Shown piece after piece: positions 1 to 8,942 of a DNA stretch of 64,000 nt. The DNA comes from an uncultured Candidatus Saccharibacteria bacterium (GTDB lineage Bacteria; Patescibacteriota; Minisyncoccia; Phycocordibacterales; UBA2100). The DNA lies in NCBI GenBank assembly GCA_964398775.1, contig CAYNND010000001.1, positions 39,528-103,527 of the forward strand, in the 5' to 3' direction. The notes under the pieces were generated by a model, which ran no database searches, was not told where the DNA came from, and saw nothing but the letters and a program-made list of their open reading frames with translations. The translations under genes and the position numbers were made by a program. Numbering within the stretch: position 1 is the stretch's first letter; every line of letters starts with the position of its first letter.

Positions 1-77
1 GGACATACAGTAGCGATGATGATGCGAACCCCAGTCTGTCGGTAGGCGTTTGCTGTGTATCTCAAATAAACATCAAA

Positions 78-102
78 CCCCTGCCGGCTGGCGGGGGTTT
101 TT
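78..102 (+). terminator. Rho-independent terminator-like hairpin (8-bp GC stem incl. one G.U, 4-nt loop, T5 tail)
   Basis: cccctgcc-ggct-ggcggggg followed by ttttt; reverse complement also U-rich so may act bidirectionally. Confidence 0.55.
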
Positions 103-424
103 CATATCTGAACCATCACAGATATGCAGCACAGGGGGTGGCGATGAGCTACATTCCGAACGCTGCGCTCGAATCGGCGCAAGCTTGGGTGGAACGTCCC
201 GAAGGAGATATGTGGTTCACCCACGTCCCTGTCGGAAAAAAAGTGATTATCTCTCCCTGCGGTGAGAAATTCCACTTTGACCAACATCCACAGCTCAAGC
301 TGAAAACGAGCGATATACCACTGTATGTCTCTGAGGGACGCATCCGCGTTTGCACAGATGCATAAAGTGACAGGGCGAACTTCCGCAGAAGCTCGCCCAT
401 TTTTTTATATGCGATTCTGCACCG

Positions 425-2266
425 TTACTTGTACAGAACACGAAGTGCATTCAAGATGACTGCAACGTCGATTCCTTCTTGAATGAACGCGCCCATGACT
501 GGAGGTAGGTACCCGAAGAGCGCTGCAATCATCGCACAGACTGAGAGGATGATACCTGCGAGAATAGATTGCCGAGCTATAAACATTGTTCGCAGACTGA
601 TATCAAGCAAATCCTTTACTCGACTGATGTCATCCACCATGATGACTGCATGTGCTGATTCAGTAGAGGCAGTTTCTCCATGTGCACCAAGTGCTATACC
701 GACTGTCGCAGCGGCAAGCGCAGGCGCATCATTGATACCATCGCCCACCATTACCACGTGCTGACCTTCAGATTCCATCTTTTGAACTAGTTTTACTTTG
801 TCGTCAGGGAGACAGTTTGCGACGACTGATTCAACACCAGCGGCAGCTTGAACGCTGCGCGCACGTTCCTCAGAATCACCCGTCACGAGTGTCGTATGAA
901 ATCCTGCAGCTGCAATAGATTGCATCACACCTGCAACGTCAGGTCGTATGGTATCTTCGCATTCGATGACTCCGGCGAGCACGCCATCAATTGCAACGTA
1001 CACAACGATACCTCCTGCTTTCTTAATTGCTGCGACACGCTCTGTGACATCAGCAGCAATAGATACTTTCGAGTCAGATAGAAATGCTGCCTTACCGAGG
1101 AGCACACGCTTCCCTGATACAACGCCTTCTATTCCATATCCGTACTGTTCCTTCGCATGTTCAGGGTATGACAGGGTTGCGGCTTGTGCACGAGCGTACT
1201 GCACGACACCTCGCGCGATAATATGCGTTGAAAGCTGTTCGAGTGATGCAGCGTAGCGTAATACATCAGACTCACTAAATGTGCCCATGACATGGATACG
1301 TGCGACTTGAGGAATACCAAATGTCAGCGTTCCTGTCTTATCAAAGAAAAATTGTCGTGAGCGGCTAATACCCTCAAATACACCTCCATGTTTGACGATG
1401 ATACCTCGCTGCGCAGCGCGCGACATACCTGCAACAAACGCAATCGGCGCAGCAAGGATAAGTGGGCACGGCGTCGCAACAACAAGCACTGCGACCATGA
1501 GGTATGCACTCTCAAACCAGAAGTACGCGATTCCCGCTATTACAAGTGTAATGAGCGTAAAGACGACACTGTACTGGTCAGCAAGACGCACCAGTGGCGC
1601 CTTTGATTCTTCAGCGGAGCGAATGAGTCGAACAATGGAGGCATATGTCGTTTCTGCGTGGAGCTTTTCGACACTTACATGGATACTCTCACCTTGGTTT
1701 ACGGAACCTGCGTAGACGCGTGCGTTTACCGTAACATCACGAGGAACAGGCTCACCGGTAATCATCGATTCATCAAGCACACTTGTACCGAGCTGCACTG
1801 TCCCATCAACGGAGACTACTTCCTGCGGTCGCACAAGTACTATCTGCCCCAGTTGTACATCTGCAAGCGGCACTTCAGTAATATGCTCACCGTCAACGAC
1901 GTGCGCATGAGTTGGCATGTGCTCAAGGAGTTCTTTCAAGCTGCTGCGCGCCTTCCCTTCTGCGTAACGCTCAAGTGCTTCACCTCCTGAGAGCATGAGG
2001 AGTATCAAACCAGCAGCACCGTATTCTCCAATCAGCGTAGCAGAAGCTATCGCAAGCAATGCGATGAGGTCGACCCCAAACTCTTTACGCAAAATAGAAG
2101 TGACAATTTCATACAGGAGCGGCAGCGTTCCCAGAACAATTATAGAAATCAATGTGTACTGCGCAGGTAGCGAGTAGCCACTCCCCCAATACCAACCAAG
2201 TGCAGCAATAACAGCGCAAGCAATATAAGATTCCAAGCTCATGTATGAGCGAATTTGTGTAAACAT
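425..2266 (-). CDS. Heavy-metal translocating P-type ATPase, P1B-4-like (no N-terminal HMA domain, TPC motif in TM helix)
   Basis: DKTGTLT phosphorylation motif, GDGINDAPAL hinge motif, TGEP actuator motif, (T)PC in place of CPC, protein begins directly with TM helices, 613 aa. Confidence 0.85.
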   Translation of the reverse strand: MFTQIRSYMSLESYIACAVIAALGWYWGSGYSLPAQYTLISIIVLGTLPLLYEIVTSILRKEFGVDLIALLAIASATLIGEYGAAGLILLMLSGGEALERYAEGKARSSLKELLEHMPTHAHVVDGEHITEVPLADVQLGQIVLVRPQEVVSVDGTVQLGTSVLDESMITGEPVPRDVTVNARVYAGSVNQGESIHVSVEKLHAETTYASIVRLIRSAEESKAPLVRLADQYSVVFTLITLVIAGIAYFWFESAYLMVAVLVVATPCPLILAAPIAFVAGMSRAAQRGIIVKHGGVFEGISRSRQFFFDKTGTLTFGIPQVARIHVMGTFSESDVLRYAASLEQLSTHIIARGVVQYARAQAATLSYPEHAKEQYGYGIEGVVSGKRVLLGKAAFLSDSKVSIAADVTERVAAIKKAGGIVVYVAIDGVLAGVIECEDTIRPDVAGVMQSIAAAGFHTTLVTGDSEERARSVQAAAGVESVVANCLPDDKVKLVQKMESEGQHVVMVGDGINDAPALAAATVGIALGAHGETASTESAHAVIMVDDISRVKDLLDISLRTMFIARQSILAGIILSVCAMIAALFGYLPPVMGAFIQEGIDVAVILNALRVLYK

Positions 2267-2292
2267 ATTTCTATTGTACTCCTAAACGGAGT

Positions 2293-2988
2293 CTATTTAT
2301 AGAGCTCTTCTATGAGCGGCGCGATGCGCGCAGCAATAATCGCATATCCTGCATCATTTGGATGAATCGCATCAGACATATACTGCTCCCGTCCAATTAA
2401 ACCTTTCAAAATATTGGGTACATACCCCGTTTTATATTCTTCCGCAACTGCTTCAAATTCAGGCTCATAATGATCACTCACAATTCCACCACGAACACCA
2501 GCGATAATGACTACAGCACCTTCTCGTTGCAACGCAGTGACAATCTTACGTAGATTTGAAAACGTTTCTTCTTTAGGCACCTGCCGAAGATAATCGTTAC
2601 CCCCAAGAACAACAATGACAAGGCCGGGCTTCAGTTCAAGTACATCATCAATCCGATTGAGACCGTCAGATGTTGTATTCCCACTGATACCTTTATTGAT
2701 TATTCTCTTCCCAGTGAGCTTTGCGACTTGCGAGAACAAATCCTTTCCCTCTGAAGCGCCGATTCCTTGTACTAGCGAGTCTCCAAAGGCGACGATTGTT
2801 TCATTGCGTGGCGGATAATTTTTAAACGAAGAGACAGACTGACCACCACTGAACAACCACCACAGCGCAAGGAGCAATACGATGCCGCCACTGATCCACC
2901 ACACATACTTCATCTCCATGCCTTGTATCCTACCATGAGTGCCGTGTATACTACCTACAGCTTTCATCGAGAACGCAGGTAGAGGCAT
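2293..2988 (-). CDS. SGNH/GDSL-family hydrolase with N-terminal membrane anchor (likely true start at internal Met near 2913-2919)
   Basis: IVAFGDSLVQG (GDSL block), GGNDY block, N-terminal hydrophobic helix MKYVWWISGGIVLLLALWWLF. Confidence 0.7.
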   Translation of the reverse strand: MPLPAFSMKAVGSIHGTHGRIQGMEMKYVWWISGGIVLLLALWWLFSGGQSVSSFKNYPPRNETIVAFGDSLVQGIGASEGKDLFSQVAKLTGKRIINKGISGNTTSDGLNRIDDVLELKPGLVIVVLGGNDYLRQVPKEETFSNLRKIVTALQREGAVVIIAGVRGGIVSDHYEPEFEAVAEEYKTGYVPNILKGLIGREQYMSDAIHPNDAGYAIIAARIAPLIEELYK

Positions 2989-3097
2989 AGCTCAGTAACC
3001 TGCTCGCAACCGAAATCACGACGGTGCGCCACCTATGACGGATGAACCTCTGAAAGCTATTTTATTCTCGTTGGTGATTCAACGATAAAGAACATGT

Positions 3098-4048
3098 ATG
3101 AGAACAGCTGAATGTGTTACTCCGCGACACCCTGACAAACTTTGTGACCAGATTAGTGACGCCATACTTGATGCATGCCTGAAGGAAGATCCGTTTAGTC
3201 GCGTTGCAGTAGAGTCTATGGGAGGACACGGCAAAGTAGTCATCATGGGTGAACTTACCACAACTGCACACGTCGATTACAAAAAAGTTGCTGAGACTGT
3301 CATCGGCCCTGGGCTTGATATCATGGTGCATGTTGTAGAGCAAAGTAGAGAAATCGCGCAAGGTGTGGATGTTGGCGGCGCTGGAGATCAAGGCATCATG
3401 GTTGGATACGCAACAGATGAAACTCCTGAAATGATTCCTGCAGAGCTTGCATATGCTCGCCGCCTCGCGCAGTACTTGTATGCAAAATATCCAGTTGACG
3501 GAAAAACGCAGTGTACCTATGATGAGAAAAATAAAAAAATAACTGCACTCGTCGCGTCATTTCAAAAGACAACAGCGCAGCAACTTGAAGCAGACGTACG
3601 GACATGGCTTGCAACACAGGATGTCGCACATAACGATGTGGTGATTCACACGAACCCAGCTGGTGATTGGAACCAAGGAGGATTTGACGCAGATACTGGA
3701 CTTACTGGAAGAAAAATTGCGGTTGATTCGTACGGTCCACGTATTCCAGTTGGTGGTGGAGCATTTAGTGGTAAAGACGCTACAAAAGTTGATAGGAGTG
3801 CAGCATACATGGCACGACACGTTGCCGTAGATTTACTGAAGCAACGAAAAGCACACGAAGTATACGTCTATCTTGCCTACTCAATCGGTGTTGCAGAGCC
3901 GGTGCAGGCGACAGCGATTATCGATGGCAAAGAGGAGTCAGTGACTGGATACGACCTTACTCCCCAAGGTATCATCACTGCACTCGACTTACGCTCACCA
4001 CAATTTCAGAAGCGTGCTGCATGGGGTCACTTTGGCCACGAAGCCTAA
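3098..4048 (+). CDS. metK: S-adenosylmethionine synthetase (compact 316-aa form)
   Basis: HPDKLCDQISDAILDA N-terminal signature, GAGDQG, GGGAFSGKDATKVDRSAAYMAR C-terminal signature; shorter than canonical ~385 aa enzyme. Confidence 0.85.
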   Translation: MRTAECVTPRHPDKLCDQISDAILDACLKEDPFSRVAVESMGGHGKVVIMGELTTTAHVDYKKVAETVIGPGLDIMVHVVEQSREIAQGVDVGGAGDQGIMVGYATDETPEMIPAELAYARRLAQYLYAKYPVDGKTQCTYDEKNKKITALVASFQKTTAQQLEADVRTWLATQDVAHNDVVIHTNPAGDWNQGGFDADTGLTGRKIAVDSYGPRIPVGGGAFSGKDATKVDRSAAYMARHVAVDLLKQRKAHEVYVYLAYSIGVAEPVQATAIIDGKEESVTGYDLTPQGIITALDLRSPQFQKRAAWGHFGHEA

Positions 4049-4085
4049 ATAAGGCTCAAAACTTGCAATTCCCTCGAAACTACCG

Positions 4086-4844
4086 TTGAATGGCGGCTCT
4101 ATGGTGCGCATACTGATTTCCCTCCTCGCTGCGACATGCCTCCTCGTCTTGCCTGCTCATTCGCAGACACAAGATGAACTTCCATCTTCATTTATTGAAG
4201 TCACTCAAGGTTGTTCTGTGCAGGGTGGAAACTGCGTCAATATCCGCTCAGGACCTGGCACTGACTACCCTATTGTGAAGACGCTCCGCATGGGCGGAAT
4301 GCTTGAAGTTGATGCGGTTGCATACAGAGATGGCAGAGCGTGGTATAGAATCAAACATGATGACAACCTTCGCTACCCAGAGCGAGTCACAGGAAAGTGG
4401 TACATCGCAAGTGACTTCACGCGCATGCACATTGTCGGCCGTGAAAGCATTGCACCTGCCGCAAGTGCTCTCAACAAGAAAATCATAGTAAACCGTGCAA
4501 AACAGACATTGACTGCCTATGACGGTGCTGAGGTATTTATGCATACAAAAGTTTCAACAGGAATCACTGGAACACCGACACCAAGAGGCACGTTTACAAT
4601 CTTTAAAAAGAAACCGTCGCGCTACATGCAAGGACCACTGCCCCATGTGTCAGAAAAATATTTTGACCTCCCAGGCGTACCGTGGACTATGTACTTCACA
4701 AAAGATGGCGCGGCAATTCATGGAACGTACTGGCACCAATCATTTGGTACCCCTCGTTCAAACGGATGTATCAATCTCCCGGTAGACCTCGCTGAACGTC
4801 TCTACCACTGGGCACCTGTCGGAACTACTGTACAAGTGATATAG
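4086..4844 (+). CDS. L,D-transpeptidase (YkuD domain) with N-terminal signal peptide and SH3b-like domain
   Basis: catalytic block AIHGTYWHQSFGTPRSNGCINLP (His/Cys), signal peptide MVRILISLLAATCLLVLPAHS, SH3b-like GGNCVNIRSGPGTDYPIV. Confidence 0.8.
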   Translation: MNGGSMVRILISLLAATCLLVLPAHSQTQDELPSSFIEVTQGCSVQGGNCVNIRSGPGTDYPIVKTLRMGGMLEVDAVAYRDGRAWYRIKHDDNLRYPERVTGKWYIASDFTRMHIVGRESIAPAASALNKKIIVNRAKQTLTAYDGAEVFMHTKVSTGITGTPTPRGTFTIFKKKPSRYMQGPLPHVSEKYFDLPGVPWTMYFTKDGAAIHGTYWHQSFGTPRSNGCINLPVDLAERLYHWAPVGTTVQVI

Positions 4845-4846
4845 GT

Positions 4847-5320
4847 TTACTTACCTTGTTTTACGAGGCGCACTGGTTTTCCATCAAACGTCTCAAGGTC
4901 AAGACTCACCTCAGTGTCTGCGACTATCTGGTACACGCGATTCTCAGAAATACCTTCGAGAAGAATATATTTTTTATCTTCTGCAAACGGTAGTTGTAGT
5001 GGCTTCAATTGATGCGGCACAGTCGAACCTTCAAAAGTTTTGAAGCCACCTTCACCGATATGTTGCGCACCATAAAGCTCTTCGTACGTGCGGCCAGCTG
5101 CGTCAAAAATAAAACGATGACTTTGGTCTGTAAACTCAAGCATCGAACCGCTGAGTTGTTCATCATGCGCTGATGGTACTGCAATCTCACGAACCACACC
5201 GACTGTCTGAGAGGTATCGCCTGAATCAACAACCGCCTGTTTCGGAATAAAAAATAGATATCCTGCGCCTGCGCAGAGTGCTATAGATACAACTAGCCCC
5301 GCGCGAGAAATCATGTCCAT
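4847..5320 (-). CDS. Hypothetical membrane-anchored protein
   Basis: ORF with N-terminal TM helix (MISRAGLVVSIALCAGAGYLFFI); no recognisable domain. Confidence 0.4.
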   Translation of the reverse strand: MDMISRAGLVVSIALCAGAGYLFFIPKQAVVDSGDTSQTVGVVREIAVPSAHDEQLSGSMLEFTDQSHRFIFDAAGRTYEELYGAQHIGEGGFKTFEGSTVPHQLKPLQLPFAEDKKYILLEGISENRVYQIVADTEVSLDLETFDGKPVRLVKQGK

Positions 5321-5369
5321 ATGGCAAGTATAGCGTACTTTCACTATAGGCTAGCCCTCTGTCCACCGT

Positions 5370-6011
5370 TTACGTGCGCACCTGCTTCTCTCTATCTGCG
5401 CGTTGCCAGAGCGCTCGAGCTACGAGCGTAGATTGTGGAGACCATCGCCGCGCTTTCTTGCGCAGGTACTGAGTCGTACGCTGCTTTCGCTCCCCCTTCC
5501 AGAGCCTATATCCTTCCCGCACTCCAAAATCATCCACGGGGAACACATCAGGGCGGCCGAGTGAGAAGATGAGGTACATCTCTACAGTCCACCGTCCAAT
5601 ACCGCGCAGTGGTACCAAGGTTTGTATTATGTCTGTATCTGACATGGAAGAAAGCGTGCGGGTTGATGGTATTTCTTGTGCGCATGCTTTTTGCGTGAGT
5701 TCATATATGGCTCGAGCTTTGTTTTCAGAAAAACCGCACGAGCGAATATCACTCTGGGAAAGATGCCTGAGTGCAGGCGCTGGAGGAACGAGTGCGCCAC
5801 GTTTTGGCTTTGCATGTGCGCGTTCACAGAGCCGCAGCAAGCATGCTTTTGCTGCATTTCCGTGCACCATCTGGTGTGCTATCGCACGAACGAGCGCAGG
5901 GTATAACTCTGAACGCTTCACCGTAAACTGAGAGAAGTCCGTCTCAGAAAAGAGAGGCTTCAGCGAGGGGTCTTGGCGCAGAAGCGCCCTTCGTTCTGCT
6001 GTGAAATGCAT
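5370..6011 (-). CDS. HhH-GPD family DNA glycosylase (AlkA-like 3-methyladenine DNA glycosylase)
   Basis: helix-hairpin-helix GPD block LRGIGRWTVEMYLIFSLGRPDVFPVDDFGV with catalytic Asp. Confidence 0.7.
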   Translation of the reverse strand: MHFTAERRALLRQDPSLKPLFSETDFSQFTVKRSELYPALVRAIAHQMVHGNAAKACLLRLCERAHAKPKRGALVPPAPALRHLSQSDIRSCGFSENKARAIYELTQKACAQEIPSTRTLSSMSDTDIIQTLVPLRGIGRWTVEMYLIFSLGRPDVFPVDDFGVREGYRLWKGERKQRTTQYLRKKARRWSPQSTLVARALWQRADREKQVRT

Positions 6012-6026
6012 AGTACGGAGTGTATG

Positions 6027-6557
6027 TTAAAAGTGGTATTGCTTCAATATACGTCGCAGCGTTACATACTGCGGGGAAAAACGCGCAACTTCTGCCCAGA
6101 AGCGCGCTGAGTGGTTATGATGCCGAAGGTGGCAGAGTTCATGGACGATAAGGTAACGCTGTACTTCAGGTGTCAGGTATATCATGCGCCAATTAAAGGA
6201 GAGTGTGCCACGCATGCTGCAACTTCCCCACCGAGTCTTCGCATTTGTGATGCGTACCTTCTTCCATACAAACTCATGCGCATAATCACCGAGGTACCGT
6301 TCGACAATTTTTCGCACTTCCTTTTTATGTTGCAAGAACAGTGCGCGCCCTTCTGCACCACGAGGAAGCGGTGTCCCGCCTCGAGTTTGCATTTTTCTTT
6401 GTGCATCTGCAATCCACGATGCACGCTCGTTGACCCACGCGACAACACGCAAACGCGAAAGTCTGTACGGATATGTTACCCGTACGTTTCCTCCTCCTTC
6501 GACACGTATGCGTACAGCACGAGCACGCGTACTAGCTACATACTCGATATCCATCAT
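6027..6557 (-). CDS. YgjP/DUF45-family metal-dependent hydrolase (WLM/M48-like HExxH)
   Basis: LIVHELCHLRHHNHSARFW motif typical of the YgjP family. Confidence 0.65.
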   Translation of the reverse strand: MMDIEYVASTRARAVRIRVEGGGNVRVTYPYRLSRLRVVAWVNERASWIADAQRKMQTRGGTPLPRGAEGRALFLQHKKEVRKIVERYLGDYAHEFVWKKVRITNAKTRWGSCSMRGTLSFNWRMIYLTPEVQRYLIVHELCHLRHHNHSARFWAEVARFSPQYVTLRRILKQYHF

Positions 6558-6853
6558 GCTCCAATGACTACGGTTACACGCACAGCATCATGTTCAAAAA
6601 TATGTTCTCTCTTTCGTACTGCGGCTTTTATGGCAAGCAAGTATGTCCCCTCCTTTTTCGAAGGAAATACAGTGGTCTTCCAAGTAGTATCGCCGATAGT
6701 TGCGCTTACTGGAATAAAACCGAAGCCTACTTTCTGCACCTGCAGTTTTGCGATACGCGCAGCTTCACGTTTCGGAAGGTACACAAAATGCCATCCACCC
6801 ATCCCTGGGTATACCCACACCTTCGCAGAAAATGTAATCGCGTGCTTAGGCAT
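6554..6853 (-). CDS. Small DUF1905-like protein
   Basis: GGWHFVYLPKREA motif and ~100 aa size resemble DUF1905; 4-bp overlap with the downstream gene. Confidence 0.4.
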   Translation of the reverse strand: MPKHAITFSAKVWVYPGMGGWHFVYLPKREAARIAKLQVQKVGFGFIPVSATIGDTTWKTTVFPSKKEGTYLLAIKAAVRKREHIFEHDAVRVTVVIGA

Positions 6854-7256
6854 TCCAATTTAAGTATGTAATCGTGAGTTGGAGTACTGTTGCAAACGAA
6901 ACCCATAGCATGTATGGGATGTTTGCATAGGCAACCAGTGGCACATACGGGAAAATTGCATAGAGTGACCACCCTAAGGTGCCGAGTACCGCGAGTATAT
7001 CGAGTGAGGCGAGCTCATTACTCTGGAGTCCAAACTGCAGCGGAGTGAAAAGCGCGTTGAATATGAGATTCAGCAAAAAAGGTAGCGCAACGATGGTCGG
7101 CACTTCACCGCGATACCACTTGAGAAACACATAACTAAATGTAATAAAAATAACAAGGTACAGAATGGTCCACACAGGACCGAAGAGGTATGTGGGTGGT
7201 GCCCACGACGGTTTGATAAGTGTCGCGTACCACACAGTTGTTGGTGTATCCATCAC
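6846..7256 (-). CDS. tspO: TspO/MBR family tryptophan-rich sensory protein (translocator protein)
   Basis: WYATLIKPSWAPPTYLFGPVWTILY signature, Trp-rich multi-TM 136-aa protein. Confidence 0.8.
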   Translation of the reverse strand: MMDTPTTVWYATLIKPSWAPPTYLFGPVWTILYLVIFITFSYVFLKWYRGEVPTIVALPFLLNLIFNALFTPLQFGLQSNELASLDILAVLGTLGWSLYAIFPYVPLVAYANIPYMLWVSFATVLQLTITYLNWNA

Positions 7257-7326
7257 CCTAGTATAGCAAATCCCACATTAAGCGAAGCTGAATGTGGGAT
7301 TGCAGGAGATGGTCTGTGCACTTGTA

Positions 7327-8040
7327 TTACCGTGTTGTGTTTCGCACGACAATCGCATTGAGTGTACTTGAGTTTGCTGGAATATAGCCAAACACTCGCA
7401 CGGTATCACCCGCGACAAATGAACTCAGTGCAATTGGAGTCCAATCTTTATTCAAGACAACAGTCGTTGCTGAAAGTGCAACCTGCTGCTGCGTTGAGCC
7501 AATTGTCATCGTGAGTGATGTTGGAAGCGCGGCACCAGGAACAACTGAGAGTACACCCTCAAATGTCTGCTGTGTGTTTACAACGACTGGAGTAATTGCC
7601 TTTGAAATGTTGCGCACTGTTGTTGCAGTGACAGCGAGTGCACTGCCAGACTGCATCTTACCTTTGATTGTGACAATATCACCAGCGGTGAAGTCAGTGA
7701 TTGCGAGCACTTTACCATTCTTTGATTCAAGCTTAGTAGCCGAGTCAGTTGTCACAGTCCAGGTGAGCACACTTGCACCCAATGTTTCAGTAATTGTGAT
7801 TGCATTCCCTGAAACTGATGTGACCTTTGCTCCACGAATCTGCACCGTCCCATCTTGTTTTATTTCGATGTTCGTTTCAGCATCGCGCGCATCAATAAAC
7901 TTTACCTCCTTTCCTGCTTTTACCCATCCACGGTGGCGACCGGAATCCTCTCCACCTCTATCAGCTGATACAATTGAACCACTTGCGAGTGTCGCCGCGA
8001 CGATACTACTCACGAGCATTGCTTTTGAAAATTGTTTCAT
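7327..8040 (-). CDS. Hypothetical secreted beta-rich protein
   Basis: signal peptide MKQFSKAMLVSSIVAATLASGS; Thr/Val-rich repeats; no known domain recognised. Confidence 0.45.
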   Translation of the reverse strand: MKQFSKAMLVSSIVAATLASGSIVSADRGGEDSGRHRGWVKAGKEVKFIDARDAETNIEIKQDGTVQIRGAKVTSVSGNAITITETLGASVLTWTVTTDSATKLESKNGKVLAITDFTAGDIVTIKGKMQSGSALAVTATTVRNISKAITPVVVNTQQTFEGVLSVVPGAALPTSLTMTIGSTQQQVALSATTVVLNKDWTPIALSSFVAGDTVRVFGYIPANSSTLNAIVVRNTTR

Positions 8041-8059
8041 AGTTTTGTTTTACAAATAA

Positions 8060-8080
8060 GTAACAGCACGTGGCTGTTAC
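8060..8080 (-). terminator. Terminator-like perfect 8-bp hairpin downstream of the alpha/beta hydrolase gene
   Basis: gtaacagc-acgtg-gctgttac; minus-strand reading is followed by a T-rich tract. Confidence 0.4.
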
Positions 8081-8147
8081 GTATGATGACGAATGAGCTC
8101 TAGTGCCCTTTCATGGTGAAATATTTGGACACAAAAACTAGTAGATG

Positions 8148-8942
8148 TCACCTAGTCGCAGCAAGTGCAGCGGTGATTGCGGCGCACAACTGAGCGCAGT
8201 GTTCGTCAGAGCGAAACACATGACCACACCCTGGGATAACCGTGAGCTGTTTGTGTGGACCTGGGATTGCATCAAAGAGGAGTTGCATGTGTGTAGTAAG
8301 GGTAACGGTGTCTTCTGCTCCCACGATGATAGTAACTGGCATCGTGAGTTTGTGCGCATCTGGTAAGAGTGAGTGTTGTAATCTATCTTCCATGTGTGAC
8401 CACGGGATTCTGCGCACACGCCCTGGTGTACTGACACTACTGTCTTCCCTCCAGCCTGTCTCTCTCCAGGTCTCAATAAACGCTGGGTCATGCGCGATAT
8501 GCGCCTGAAGAGTAAGCTCACCAGAAACTACTGGAGAGATAGGAAGTATGGATGCCACTCGCTCTGGGTATATCTCAGCATATCGCGCAACTGCATAGCC
8601 ACCCATGCTATGCCCGACGAGAGTCAGTGGTTGTGAATACCACGGCTGTTCAAGTAGCCATGCAAGTACATCTTCTAAGTCTTCATAGTGCTTCGTGAGT
8701 GTCGCCCGCTCTATATCACCATCACTTTCTCCAAAAGTATTTGTTGTATCAAAACGAAGTGTGGTGAATCCTTGCTCAAAGTACACCTGTGCGGCCGCAA
8801 CAATCATTTTTTGGTCCTTGGTTGCGCCAAGCCCATGTAGTACGACTGCGACACCGCGCGGGGCTTCATGCTTTCTCACCACAAGACACAGGCGCTCTTG
8901 TGCGCGATTGTGAATAAAGATTTTTTGTTCAGTGTCTAACAT
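8148..8942 (-). CDS. Alpha/beta-fold hydrolase
   Basis: nucleophile elbow LVGHSMGGYAVARYA; downstream His in GCGHVF. Confidence 0.75.
   Translation of the reverse strand: MLDTEQKIFIHNRAQERLCLVVRKHEAPRGVAVVLHGLGATKDQKMIVAAAQVYFEQGFTTLRFDTTNTFGESDGDIERATLTKHYEDLEDVLAWLLEQPWYSQPLTLVGHSMGGYAVARYAEIYPERVASILPISPVVSGELTLQAHIAHDPAFIETWRETGWREDSSVSTPGRVRRIPWSHMEDRLQHSLLPDAHKLTMPVTIIVGAEDTVTLTTHMQLLFDAIPGPHKQLTVIPGCGHVFRSDEHCAQLCAAITAALAATR

Noticed and set aside
3005-3060. tRNA-like 'tagctcagt' D-arm motif in the metK leader
   Set aside because: No matching anticodon arm, T-arm or acceptor pairing follows. The match is coincidental.
6111-6863. 250-aa plus-strand ORF and other long antisense ORFs (for example 11706-12392 +, 27779-28228 +, 13049-13504 -, 43915-44511 +, 51451-51876 +)
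   Set aside because: Each lies entirely antisense to or overlapping a well-supported motif-bearing gene. The translations are low-complexity or Cys/Arg-rich with no motifs. They are the usual shadow ORFs.
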